Part shown: positions 9,883 through 18,018 of the stretch, piece after piece
Layout: the number at the start of each line of letters is the position of its first letter
Numbering within the stretch: the first letter of the stretch is position 1
Virus record (IMG/VR): IMGVR_UViG_3300044677_000044
Coordinates: 33,019 to 97,018 of that record
Length of the DNA: 64,000 bases
Origin: a virus
Direction: 5' to 3' (one strand)
Made by a program: the position numbers and the translations under genes
Notes under the pieces: model-generated
Told to the model about the DNA's origin: nothing
Database searches by the model: none
The model's input: only the letters and a program-made list of their open reading frames with translations

Positions 9883-10214
9883 CAGCCGCCCCCGGCCACT
9901 GCGGCGCGCAGCATGACGTGGTGGGCCGGGCCGCCCTGGCTGTTGCTGTACTCGACCCAGCGGGCGTACGGGGCGACGTTGGTGGCGTAGGCGACGGCCC
10001 GGTCCTGCCGTACGCCACCGTTCTTGGTCGATGTGACGAGGACCGATGCGGCGTACAGGCCGGCGTGCCGGTCGGTCAGCGGGTCACCGCGCGGGGCGAT
10101 CGCCTCGGCCGTGGCCTTGACGAGCCGGGCACGGCGCAGCATCTCGTCCTCTACCATCTGCGAGCGGAGCAGCTGACCGACTCCGGTCCTGCTCATCGTG
10201 AAGCGCGCCGCCAT
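9882..10214 (-). CDS. Tail completion / HK97 gp10-like neck protein
   Basis: MAARFTMSRTGVGQLLRS...YARWVEY...HHVMLRAA; ATG at 10214 with GAGG RBS (C-terminal part of track ORF 9882..10493). Confidence 0.75.
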   Translation of the reverse strand: MAARFTMSRTGVGQLLRSQMVEDEMLRRARLVKATAEAIAPRGDPLTDRHAGLYAASVLVTSTKNGGVRQDRAVAYATNVAPYARWVEYSNSQGGPAHHVMLRAAVAGGG

Positions 10215-10250
10215 GTGCAACCACCTCGTCTGCTGGATCAGGGGGAACTT

Positions 10251-10571
10251 GTGATCGACATCGAGACGGGCACCGGTAGCCGTGTGACCTTCGACGGGCG
10301 GTCGGTGACCATCGAGCGGCTGCGGGGCATCTCGAAGTCCGTGTTCGGTGAGCGGTCGACGGTCGTGCCGGTCGGTCAGATCGCCGCGGTGGAACTGGTG
10401 CAGCCGTCGTGGATGCGCGCCGGCCACATACGGTTCGCTGTGCCCGGGTCGCAGGCCGCCGCGGCCCGTACGGCGGCGAACCGGGATGAGCACGCGGTGC
10501 TGTTCAGCAAGAGCCAGGCCAAGGAGTTCGAGGTCCTGGCGGCCGCGGTGCGCGCGGTGATCAGCCGGTGA
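10251..10571 (+). CDS. DUF4429-like small protein, antisense to the structural operon
   Basis: GTG 10251: MIDIETGTGSRVTFDGRSVTIER...VVPVGQIAAVELVQPSWMRAGHIRFAVPG...DEHAVLF resembles DUF4429 (PH-like) proteins. Confidence 0.65.
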   Translation: MIDIETGTGSRVTFDGRSVTIERLRGISKSVFGERSTVVPVGQIAAVELVQPSWMRAGHIRFAVPGSQAAAARTAANRDEHAVLFSKSQAKEFEVLAAAVRAVISR

Positions 10572-10914
10572 CGTACTCCAGGCTGGCCTCGACCGGGCCG
10601 GTGCTTCCGGTGAACGGCGACTGGTAGTCGCCGCTGCGGCCGTACACGTTGTACAGGACCCCGTCGACGATGACCTGGTCGGTGGCCCGCAGGTCGGTGC
10701 CGGTGGGGGCGTACAGCTTCAGGCCGGAGGTGACGGTGTCCCGGGCGTCCACGACCTCGATAGGGCCTGCGGTCGCAGTGTTGTGGGGCTCCACGGCGCA
10801 GCCTGGGACCTGAATGTTCGTCGGGGCGCCGGGAACGTCGTTGCCGTAGTCGTCGCGGGCTGGCGCCCCCGGGCGGACGATGGTGATCGTCTTACCGTGT
10901 GGCAGGGCGCGCAC
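10561..10914 (-). CDS. Head-to-tail stopper
   Basis: TITIVRPG...DDYGNDV...LYAPTGTDLRATDQVIVDGVLYNVYG pattern. Confidence 0.88.
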   Translation of the reverse strand: MRALPHGKTITIVRPGAPARDDYGNDVPGAPTNIQVPGCAVEPHNTATAGPIEVVDARDTVTSGLKLYAPTGTDLRATDQVIVDGVLYNVYGRSGDYQSPFTGSTGPVEASLEYVTG

Positions 10915-11914
10915 CGGCCGCCACCTCCTCCACCGCCGTGCACCACTGCCCGAGTTCCGCGCCCGGGTCGAGTGTGTCGGCCCGGGTGGTGGCGAGTTTC
11001 GACGCCTGACCGTACGTGGCCGGGTCGTCGAGGTCTTCGATCGCGGCCTGCCACGACGGAAGGTCGGCCCGGTCGCAGAACACCCCAGCTTCGCCGAGGG
11101 ACTCGGCCAGGCCCGGTGTGGGGTGTGCGATCACGGGGATGCCGGAGCTCATGGCCTCCACGCCGACCCGGCCCCACGATTCGTACACCGACGGCATCAG
11201 CAGCAATCGGGTGCGGGCGTACACGTCCTCGCGCATGCGGCGCCCGTCGGTGTGCTCGATGACGGTGACGTTCGGGAGGTCCGGTGGCTCTTGCGGCCCG
11301 TGGCCGCCGATGACCGCGAGGAACCTGCGGTCCGGGTTGGCGCGGGCGAGCGCGGCGAAGACCCCGACGCCCTTGTCCCGGTTGCAGTTGATCAGGGTGA
11401 TGTGGTCGCCGCGGGTGGTGCGGTAGTCCGCGGCCCGCACCGGCGGCCGGACCACCAGCATCCGGCCCGGCCTGCGGGTCCGGCCGTGGAAGTGCTCCTC
11501 GGCTTCGCCACGCATCCACTGGGAGTTGACGACGGCGAGCGCCGTGGCACCGGTGACCAACGGCTTCCACGTCAGGTCGAACGTGTTGTGACAGACCACG
11601 ACCAGGGGCCGGCCGTAGCCGTGGGCGAGCGACGCGGTGACCTGCACCTCGTCCAGGTGACTGACCAGGACGTGCGCCCGGGCCGCGGCTGCGGGGAAGC
11701 GGCTCCCGGCGGCCGCCGGGATGACGTGCACACCGTCCAGGTCGTACGGCTCGCGGCGCCCCGGCGTCCACCGGGACAGCCACACCTGCACGGTGTGGCC
11801 GCGGCCGGCGAGCGCCCGGAGCATCTCGTGGAGCATCCACTCGGCGCCGGCGTTGTGGTCGGGCGGGTAGGCGTGGATCCGGGCCAGGACCCGCAGCACG
11901 GTGGTCATCGCCAC
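10892..11914 (-). CDS. Glycosyltransferase family 4 (GT-B), paralog B
   Basis: HAYPPDHNAGAEWMLHEM N-terminus; PSVYESWGRVGVEAMSSGIPVIAHPTPGLAE GT4 signature. Confidence 0.92.
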   Translation of the reverse strand: MAMTTVLRVLARIHAYPPDHNAGAEWMLHEMLRALAGRGHTVQVWLSRWTPGRREPYDLDGVHVIPAAAGSRFPAAAARAHVLVSHLDEVQVTASLAHGYGRPLVVVCHNTFDLTWKPLVTGATALAVVNSQWMRGEAEEHFHGRTRRPGRMLVVRPPVRAADYRTTRGDHITLINCNRDKGVGVFAALARANPDRRFLAVIGGHGPQEPPDLPNVTVIEHTDGRRMREDVYARTRLLLMPSVYESWGRVGVEAMSSGIPVIAHPTPGLAESLGEAGVFCDRADLPSWQAAIEDLDDPATYGQASKLATTRADTLDPGAELGQWCTAVEEVAAGARPATR

Positions 11915-12531
11915 CTCACCATCGACATGCCGCTAGTGGGCCGGTAGTCCTTCAGCGTGGCCTTGTCCGCGGCGGACATCGTCACGGCCGTGCCGACCCC
12001 GGAGCCGTCGGTGCGGTAGCTATACGGGCCGATCGTCTCGCCGGTGACACCGCCCGCGAGGGTGGGCGCGGTCAGGGTCCGCAGGACCATCGCGGCGACC
12101 ACCGCCACCACATCTTCGGGGACCGCGGCGTCCCCGTAGCTGTAGACGACCCGGTAGGTGCCTGGGTACGCCTCCGCGTCGTCCTCGTACCACTGCTCGG
12201 GGAGGTTGATGACGGGGGTGGCCACGGCGGTCCGGATGATGTCCAGGCCGTCCCACTCCCAGCCCACCACGGGCAGATCGGGTGCACCCCCGGCGCCGAT
12301 CGCCACCACCGAGGTGACGTCCCGGACCGGCTTCTGCGGCAGGCGGATCTCGCCCTGCTGCGCGCGCAGCACGACCGCCTCGTTGTCGGTGCGTGCGAAG
12401 CTCTGCTTGGTGTAGCCGCGTACGAGCGCGGACGCGTCGGCCAGCAGGAACCCTGCGCGGTCGGTTTCAGCGGGGGTCAGGGGCCGGCCGAGCCGGCCTT
12501 CCAGGTCGTCGGTGCTAGCGAGGGGATCCAC
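11905..12531 (-). CDS. Head-to-tail adaptor
   Basis: MDPLASTDDLEGRLGRPL...LLADASALVR...ETIGPYSY pattern; position after capsid. Confidence 0.88.
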   Translation of the reverse strand: MDPLASTDDLEGRLGRPLTPAETDRAGFLLADASALVRGYTKQSFARTDNEAVVLRAQQGEIRLPQKPVRDVTSVVAIGAGGAPDLPVVGWEWDGLDIIRTAVATPVINLPEQWYEDDAEAYPGTYRVVYSYGDAAVPEDVVAVVAAMVLRTLTAPTLAGGVTGETIGPYSYRTDGSGVGTAVTMSAADKATLKDYRPTSGMSMVRWR

Positions 12532-13528
12532 GGCGGCTCACCCCCTCCATGACGGTGGCCCACTGGTCAAGCTCCGCGCCCGGATCGAGCGCGGCCGCCC
12601 GGGCGGTCGCGGCCTTCGACGCCTTCTTGTACGCGGCGGCCCCGGACAGGTGCTTGATCGCGGCCTGCCAGGCCTCGATGTCGTCGCGGTCGCAGAACGT
12701 CCCCGCGTCGCCGCAGGACTCCAGCAGCCCCGGCGTGGGGTGGGCGAGCACGGGGATCCCGGAGCACATCGCCTCGACCGCGACCCGGCCGTACGACTCG
12801 TACACCGATGGCGCGAGGAGGAACCGGGTGCGGGCGTACACGTCCTTCGCCATGCGGTCCCCCGCGGTGTGGGGCACGATCTCCACGTTCGGAAGGTCCT
12901 CACGGACGATCTGGTGCCCGTAGCCGCCGACGACACCGAGGAACCGGCGTTGCGGCATCCGCTCGGCCAGCGCGTAGAAGACCCTGGCGCCTTTCTCCTC
13001 GGTCAGGTTGATCAGCGTGATGTGGTCGCCCGGGGTGGTCTGGTAGTCGGGCACGGCGACCGGCGGGTGCACCGTGATACCCCGCGGCATCGGCCTGTCC
13101 CCACGGTTGCGGCGCCACCACTGCTCAGCGTCGGCCGCCATCCACACGGTGTTGTAGACCGCGAGCGACGGGGTGCCCTTGGCCAGCCACGACTTGGACT
13201 TCTCGAAGGTGTTGTGGAGGAGGTGCACGACCGGGATGTGGTTCATCTCCCCCAGGATCGAGGCCCGCGGGGTGTTCTCCAGGTGCGTGACGATGACCTG
13301 CGCCCGGTGCTCCCCGCGCATCCACGGGCCTGGGTCGGCCTTCCCCCGGAACGGGTAGACGTGGACGCCGTCGATGTCGTACCGGTCCGTGGTGTCCCCG
13401 CGCTGGGACAGCAGGACATCGACGTTGTGCCCACCGGCGGCGAGGTGCCGCAGCAGGCTGTGGGCGGCCCACTCGGCGCCGGCGTTGTGGGCCGGCGGGT
13501 AGGCGTGCAGCATCGCCAGGACGCGCAA
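12515..13528 (-). CDS. Glycosyltransferase family 4 (GT-B), paralog A
   Basis: Likely TTG start at 13528 (GGAG RBS); HAYPPAHNAGAEW; PSVYESYGRVAVEAMCSGIPVLAHPTPGLLE GT4 signature. Confidence 0.92.
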   Translation of the reverse strand: MRVLAMLHAYPPAHNAGAEWAAHSLLRHLAAGGHNVDVLLSQRGDTTDRYDIDGVHVYPFRGKADPGPWMRGEHRAQVIVTHLENTPRASILGEMNHIPVVHLLHNTFEKSKSWLAKGTPSLAVYNTVWMAADAEQWWRRNRGDRPMPRGITVHPPVAVPDYQTTPGDHITLINLTEEKGARVFYALAERMPQRRFLGVVGGYGHQIVREDLPNVEIVPHTAGDRMAKDVYARTRFLLAPSVYESYGRVAVEAMCSGIPVLAHPTPGLLESCGDAGTFCDRDDIEAWQAAIKHLSGAAAYKKASKAATARAAALDPGAELDQWATVMEGVSRRGSPR

Positions 13529-13547
13529 CAGGGGCTCCGTTCTCCGG

Positions 13548-13582
13548 CCGTGGCGGCGGCCCACGGGTTGCAGGCCGCCGCC
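13548..13582 (-). terminator. Hairpin(s) after the major capsid gene (attenuator or processing site)
   Basis: 10-bp stem 13552-13561/13573-13582 with a competing 6-bp stem 13548-13553/13561-13566. Confidence 0.45.
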
Positions 13583-13589
13583 GGGCGGC

Positions 13590-14540
13590 TCAGGACGCGG
13601 CGGTGGTCGCCTGAACGACACCGAACGGCGAGCGGGTCGTCGCGTCGGTGTTGAGGCGGGTCGCCGGGTTGGCCGTGGCGAACGCCGCGCGCATCACGAC
13701 ACGCATCGCGACGGAGTCCTGCTGCATCAGGTTGAGGATGACCCGACCGTCGTCGTCGGAGATCACACCCTCCGTGAACAGCTTCCAGGAGATGTCCTGC
13801 CGGGTGCCGACGATCGCCTTGGACCAGTCGCCCATCAGCAGTTCGGCCTCGGACATGTCCCAGGCGCCGTTGCTGAGTTCGGCCATCGGGTAGCCGTACA
13901 GGTTGCCGCCCGGGGACCCGTTCATGTTCGGCTGGAAGATCGGGATGCCCTGCTCGGAGCGCATACCGGTGAGCTTCCAGTTCAGGCCCGGGCGGGCCAC
14001 GAACCCGTTCACGCCGAAGCCGTCCCGGGTGACGAGCTCGGCGACGGTGGAGACGTCCTGCCCGAAGTCGGTGCCGGCGCCCGAGATGACCGCGTTGCCG
14101 GCGCCGACCGCGGACTGGTAGACGGGCGTCGGCCAGGTGCTCGGCTTGTTCGTGCCGAACAGGGCCGCGCCGTCCAGGAGCGCGCCGATCGCCTCGGTGA
14201 GGCGGGGCCGCACCTGGTCCCAGATCGGGATCTGAGCGTCGTCCAGGTAGGACTCGGGGATGGGGACGATCGCCGCCATCTCCTCGACGATCAGGTCGAC
14301 GTTCTTCCAGTCCTGCGCGCTGGTCTGCTTCAGGCCGGTGTCGCCGCCGACGAAGTACGCGATCGGCATGACGTCCAGGACGGGCTGCCGCTGCGTCTTG
14401 GACGACATCGGCACCTTGCGGGCGAGCTGGAGGATCGCCGACTGCGACGGAAGCTCCTGGATGATCTCTGCGCTCACCGGCTCGGGCACCAGCGGGTCGT
14501 TGCTGGCGTCTCGGCTGATGATGCTGTTGTACGTGGCCAC
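13590..14540 (-). CDS. Major capsid protein (HK97 fold)
   Basis: DPLVPEPVSAEIIQELP...YFVGGDTGLKQTS...EEMAAIVPIPE...NLMQQDSVAMRVVMR; C-terminus ...QATTAAS. Confidence 0.96.
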   Translation of the reverse strand: MATYNSIISRDASNDPLVPEPVSAEIIQELPSQSAILQLARKVPMSSKTQRQPVLDVMPIAYFVGGDTGLKQTSAQDWKNVDLIVEEMAAIVPIPESYLDDAQIPIWDQVRPRLTEAIGALLDGAALFGTNKPSTWPTPVYQSAVGAGNAVISGAGTDFGQDVSTVAELVTRDGFGVNGFVARPGLNWKLTGMRSEQGIPIFQPNMNGSPGGNLYGYPMAELSNGAWDMSEAELLMGDWSKAIVGTRQDISWKLFTEGVISDDDGRVILNLMQQDSVAMRVVMRAAFATANPATRLNTDATTRSPFGVVQATTAAS

Positions 14541-14612
14541 GGGGTCTCCTTTCGGGTATGCAGCGACCCCGGCCCCGTGACATGGGTGATTCCGGTGCTG
14601 CGAGGGTCAGGG

Positions 14613-15365
14613 TTAGGGCCTTCGGCCGGCCGCGTTGCGGATCCAGTCGTCAGCGGTGACAGGCGCCGCCGACGCGGGCGCCGCGCCGGGGGTGAGGCTC
14701 TCCACCGGCCGCTGGGCCGCCGGAGCAGCCGCAGCCGGGGCGACGGCCTTCAGGTGGGTGGCCAGGGCCTCCGCCCGGGCTCCGATCTCCTCGGCCGTGC
14801 CGCCTCCGAGGAGGTCGATCAGGTCGGGCGGGATGCTGTGCGTCGCCGCGGCCATGAGCCGCGAGTTCGCAGCCTTCGCGTCGGCGAGCTGCTGCTCGTA
14901 CGTCGTCGCCTTGTCGGTCGCCCGCTGGAGCTCGGTCTTTTGCTGCTCCTCGAACTCCTGGTACTTCTGAGCCGCGGTGCGCAGCTGGTCGAGCTCGTCC
15001 TTCGACTTGAAGCCGAGCGCGCCGATGTGCTGGGTCTCGTGCTTGCGGGCCAGCGCCTTCCACTTCGCGACCTCGCCTTCGAGGTCGACCGGGCCGGTGT
15101 CCTTCCCGGCGGGGTCGGTGCCACCAGCGGCGGCCGGAGTGGGCGGGGTCGGTACCGGGACTGCGGGAGCGACGGCCGCCGGGGCCTGAGGCGCCGCGGG
15201 GGCGCCCTGGGCCGACGGCTGCATGAACTGGCCCGCAGCGACGGCCGCACCGAGCATCTGCTGGGCCTGCGCGTCCGGAGACGCGGCAGGGTCCGCGGCG
15301 GGTGCCGCTGCAGGAGCTGCGGGAGTAGGAGCGGCCGGGGCCGCGCCGGGGGTGGGTGTGGACAT
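14613..15365 (-). CDS. Capsid scaffolding protein
   Basis: Ala/Pro-rich N-terminus, KWKALARKHE and EQQKTELQRA coiled coil; directly upstream of capsid. Confidence 0.88.
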   Translation of the reverse strand: MSTPTPGAAPAAPTPAAPAAAPAADPAASPDAQAQQMLGAAVAAGQFMQPSAQGAPAAPQAPAAVAPAVPVPTPPTPAAAGGTDPAGKDTGPVDLEGEVAKWKALARKHETQHIGALGFKSKDELDQLRTAAQKYQEFEEQQKTELQRATDKATTYEQQLADAKAANSRLMAAATHSIPPDLIDLLGGGTAEEIGARAEALATHLKAVAPAAAAPAAQRPVESLTPGAAPASAAPVTADDWIRNAAGRRP

Positions 15366-15377
15366 GATGGGTGACTC

Positions 15378-15500
15378 CCGTGTCGGGGATCGGCGCGCCC
15401 GCCATGTCGGCCGGCGCGGGGTGTGCGGGCATGCAAAAGCGCTCACCGTGTCGGCGAGCGCCAGGGGAAGACGGGCTGCGGCCGGGCCACCGTGTCGGCG
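15378..15500. repeat. Four CC(G/A)TGTCGG direct repeats in the scaffold leader
   Basis: Copies at 15378, 15402, 15446 and 15490; the last two extend to the identical 13-mer CACCGTGTCGGCG. Confidence 0.7.
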
Positions 15501-15527
15501 GCCCCGGGGTACGGCCCGGGCGGTGGG

Positions 15528-15794
15528 TCAGGTCTTCAGGGTGCCGTCGGGCATCCAGTTGGGCGGGATGACGGGCATAAGGTTGAGCTCACCGGCCCGC
15601 TTGATGATGAAGCGCCGCACAGTGGCGCGCGCCTGATCGGTGTTGGGCCGTACTCGGCCCACGGCCCGGATGGCGTTGAGGAGGTCGGTGCGGTTCGCGA
15701 TCGGGAACCGGCCGGGGGCGTCCTGCCCGGGGGCGGGCATCGCCTTGCCGTCCTTGACGAGGTTCCGGAGCTTGTCGTTGTTCGGCTGATCCAT
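15528..15794 (-). CDS. Small conserved phage head-region protein (DUF6582-like)
   Basis: GRFPIANRTDLLNAIRAVGR...VRRFIIKRAGEL motif; ATG 15794 with GGAGG RBS. Confidence 0.6.
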   Translation of the reverse strand: MDQPNNDKLRNLVKDGKAMPAPGQDAPGRFPIANRTDLLNAIRAVGRVRPNTDQARATVRRFIIKRAGELNLMPVIPPNWMPDGTLKT

Positions 15795-15796
15795 GG

Positions 15797-16591
15797 TCAC
15801 CTCCCTCCGGTGTCTCGGGGCGGCGCCACGTATCCGGTGCGGCCCTCGGCTTCCCACCAGCGGCGGAACGCGTTGACGGCGTTCCTTCCGCCGGTTCCTT
15901 TGGTCTCGCGGACCCAGTCCTCGTACAGCTTCGCGGCTAGGCCGACGAAGTCCTCGGAGAGGGTGAATGCCGGCCATGCCTGGCAGGCGCACAGGTCGTG
16001 GTAGCGGTTGCCGCCTTGCCGGGGGTCACCGGCGCTCTGCGCGGACTTGTAGACCGGGCCGCGGGACGCGAGCATCGCGCACCAGGCGCACGGGTCTTCA
16101 TCGGTGACCCGCGACCATCCAGTGGCCCGCTCATCCCGCTCAGTCGAGTCCTGCAGGACCTGCCGGCCGCCTTCGAGCGCCAGGTACGACGCGGACCCCG
16201 ACAGGCGAACCGCCGCGGAGTCCATCGCCTGCTGCGGGGTCTTGCCCGCCGCGATGGCCTTCTTGAACTCCACCGGGCCGGCGACGTCCAGGGCCGTCAG
16301 CAGCCGTTCGATGTCGAGGTCCTCCGCCGGGGAGGGGAGGAACGCGTCGTCGGGGATGTCGGCGGCCCGCCGGGCTTCCATGTACGCGCTGTCGGCGAGC
16401 TGCGCGGACTCCAGGCGGGCCTGCTGTACTGCGGGCACCATCAGGGCGCGCAGTGTGGGCCACGACGCGTCGACGTTCGCGGGGTTGAGGAGGTCGCGCC
16501 AGGCCCGCACGAGTTGCTGGATCAGCCGGGCCTGGATCAGGGCCTGCCGGCGCCGGTACGCCATCGCCAGGCGGGCGCTGATCGACGCCAC
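15797..16591 (-). CDS. MuF-like minor capsid / head morphogenesis protein
   Basis: GWSRVTDEDPCAWCAMLASRGPVY...YHDLCAC Cys/His motif; follows portal. Confidence 0.85.
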   Translation of the reverse strand: MASISARLAMAYRRRQALIQARLIQQLVRAWRDLLNPANVDASWPTLRALMVPAVQQARLESAQLADSAYMEARRAADIPDDAFLPSPAEDLDIERLLTALDVAGPVEFKKAIAAGKTPQQAMDSAAVRLSGSASYLALEGGRQVLQDSTERDERATGWSRVTDEDPCAWCAMLASRGPVYKSAQSAGDPRQGGNRYHDLCACQAWPAFTLSEDFVGLAAKLYEDWVRETKGTGGRNAVNAFRRWWEAEGRTGYVAPPRDTGGR

Positions 16592-16592
16592 G

Positions 16593-18008
16593 TCAGGCCG
16601 CGTCCGGGAGCGTCAGGTTCGGGCTGGGGGGCGGTGTGGCGTCCTTGGGCGGCGTCATCTGCTTCTCGATGATCCCGTCGAGGCGGTGCATCGCATCGCC
16701 CTGCTCAGCGGTCTTCTTCCACCGCACTACGTCGGTCTGCGTGATGCCGGGGATCTTCTCCCACAGTTCCTGCGGGGGCACACCGAGCATCGTGACGAGT
16801 TTGCCGAGGGCGTCGACGGTCTGCGCGAGCGACCGCGCGGAGGTGTCGCGCCACACGACCTGCGCGGAGGTGTCCTCCCACGCCTCCTTGTCTCCGGACG
16901 CGTGGCCGACCAGGCGCAGCAGTTGCTCGTGGGACTCGCCGCACAGCGACTCGCGTTCGTCGATTTTCCGGTCCAGGCCGTCGCGGGCGGCGGCCAGGGC
17001 CTCCGCGGAGAGGTTCACCAGCGCGCCGAGCAGGTGGTAGGGCGGGACCTGGCTCATGGTCGCGATGTGCCGGATGGTGTCCTCGCGGGACTTCAGGTAC
17101 CCGGTGAGGTCGGTCTGCCCGAACTCCCCGAACTTCGTGTCGGCGTCCTCGCCAACGAACAGGCCGTCGACCCGGGACCGGAAAGGCTCGATCGGGTTGC
17201 CCTTGCTGTCCTGCGGCGGTGCCATGCCGGTGACCCAGCGCTGCCGGAATGCGGCGTACTGCTGCGCCATCAGCAGGTTGAACGTGGTCATGTTCAGCTG
17301 GTCCTGGGTGGTGATCAGCGGCTCGACCTCGCCGAGCACGCCGTCGCCGTCCAGGTCCTGGGTGTTGACGTACCGCACGACCGGGCACACCCCGAGCCCG
17401 TGCTCCATCACCGCGTTCCGGCTTTCCATGGTGAGTTCGGACCCGTCCGGCTTCCCGGTCATCGAGTAGCGGGCCTGGTCGTCGTAGACGCGCACCACCC
17501 GGCGCTTGCCCGTCCGGGTGTTCTGCAGGCTGTCCTCGATCGCGAAGATCGGCCACTCATCATTGACTGGGTCCGCGTACACCGCGGTCATCCGCCGCGG
17601 CGAGAACGGGGTAATCACCGGCAGTGGCTTGCCCGGCAGGACCACCGCATAGGCCGCGCCATAGCTGAGGACCGCACGGTGGATGCCGTGCTGCCGGGCA
17701 TCCATCCGGTTGGCCTGCCACGCCTTCCACGGCGCCGCGTTGTCGTCCTGCTTCGCCTGCCGGTACCCGTCGACGTACATGTTCTGCGCGACGACCGTGA
17801 CAACCAGCGGCAGGATGTTGACCTTCGCCCGCTCGATCAGCCAGTGGTACTCAGCCTGCGCCCCCTTAGGTACGTACACCGAGGCGTGCTTCCCGCACAG
17901 GTAGTCAGCGATCCGCTGGAGCCGCGCCTGCTCATCCTTGCGGACCGCCAGCAGCCGCTTGCCCGTCGCCACCGCCTCATTGGGAGTCATCAGGGGCATG
18001 CCGGACAC
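16593..18008 (-). CDS. Portal protein (SPP1 gp6-like)
   Basis: 471 aa after TerL; QQYAAFRQRWVTG, NLSAEALAAA and ELWEKIPG motifs of actinophage portals (start may be ATG 17999). Confidence 0.93.
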   Translation of the reverse strand: MSGMPLMTPNEAVATGKRLLAVRKDEQARLQRIADYLCGKHASVYVPKGAQAEYHWLIERAKVNILPLVVTVVAQNMYVDGYRQAKQDDNAAPWKAWQANRMDARQHGIHRAVLSYGAAYAVVLPGKPLPVITPFSPRRMTAVYADPVNDEWPIFAIEDSLQNTRTGKRRVVRVYDDQARYSMTGKPDGSELTMESRNAVMEHGLGVCPVVRYVNTQDLDGDGVLGEVEPLITTQDQLNMTTFNLLMAQQYAAFRQRWVTGMAPPQDSKGNPIEPFRSRVDGLFVGEDADTKFGEFGQTDLTGYLKSREDTIRHIATMSQVPPYHLLGALVNLSAEALAAARDGLDRKIDERESLCGESHEQLLRLVGHASGDKEAWEDTSAQVVWRDTSARSLAQTVDALGKLVTMLGVPPQELWEKIPGITQTDVVRWKKTAEQGDAMHRLDGIIEKQMTPPKDATPPPSPNLTLPDAA

Positions 18009-18018
18009 ACCCCCCTCA

